DNA of 64,000 bases. Source: Synechococcus sp. Its GTDB lineage: Bacteria > Cyanobacteriota > Cyanobacteriia > Thermostichales > PCC-7336. Shown here piece by piece: positions 63,825 to 64,000 of this stretch; the first letter of the stretch is position 1, and each line of letters begins with the position of its first letter. The translations under genes were made by a program, and so were the position numbers. The stretch spans positions 32,001-96,000 of the forward strand of contig JBFRWN010000017.1 of NCBI GenBank assembly GCA_051439605.1, written 5' to 3'. The notes under the pieces are model-generated. The model searched no databases, had not been told where the DNA came from, and saw only the letters and a list, made by a program, of their open reading frames with translations.

Positions 63825-64000
63825 ATGCAGTGGAGTGCAGATGATTTTGAGAAGGAAATTAGAGCCTGTAATTTTTTCCGAGAGAAATCCTATAAATTTG
63901 TAGAAAGAGAAGTTGACAAACCAGGAACCAAGTTCGAACGCTATATTTTTCGTCTTGAAAATTCTAGTGCAGATCGGTCAATCAAGATAACCTTTTTTCC
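63825..64000 (+). CDS. Probable immunity protein for the Rhs C-terminal domain (partial; runs off window end)
   Basis: ATG 2 bp after the Rhs stop with AGGAG RBS inside the last Rhs codons; open frame MQWSADDFEKEIRACNFFREKSYKFVEREVDKPGTKFERYIFRLENSSADRSIKITF; AT-rich like the CT. Confidence 0.7.
   Translation, partial: MQWSADDFEKEIRACNFFREKSYKFVEREVDKPGTKFERYIFRLENSSADRSIKITFF

Overview
Cyanobacterial chromosome segment, judged from abundant HIP1 octamers (GCGATCGC) and cyanobacterial-type genes. Bases 1-49,900 are mostly housekeeping genes: ruvB, a GH57 branching enzyme, the phylloquinone genes menE/menC plus a DHNA-CoA thioesterase, uppP, queG, a 2Fe-2S ferredoxin, a CPA1 antiporter with a cNMP domain, SelO/YdiU, PBP1A, tyrS, msrA, a WecA-like transferase, glyA, tilS, maf, accA, a GldG/DUF4340 pair, hemE, grxD and a CDF transporter. 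This part also holds a probable 6S RNA, a PAS-PAS-GGDEF-EAL gene split by one in-frame TAG, a small IS200/IS605-like palindromic element and several terminators. After tRNA-Glu(TTC) come a decayed IS982 remnant, a 4,306-codon Ig-repeat/Rhs polymorphic-toxin gene and a probable immunity gene that runs off the window. The Rhs gene is a compositional mosaic. It has a ~350-aa module nested inside an SdrD-B-like domain, a 130-aa tandem duplication in the YD shell, and a C-terminal domain I cannot assign. All calls come from reading motifs by eye; no searches were run.
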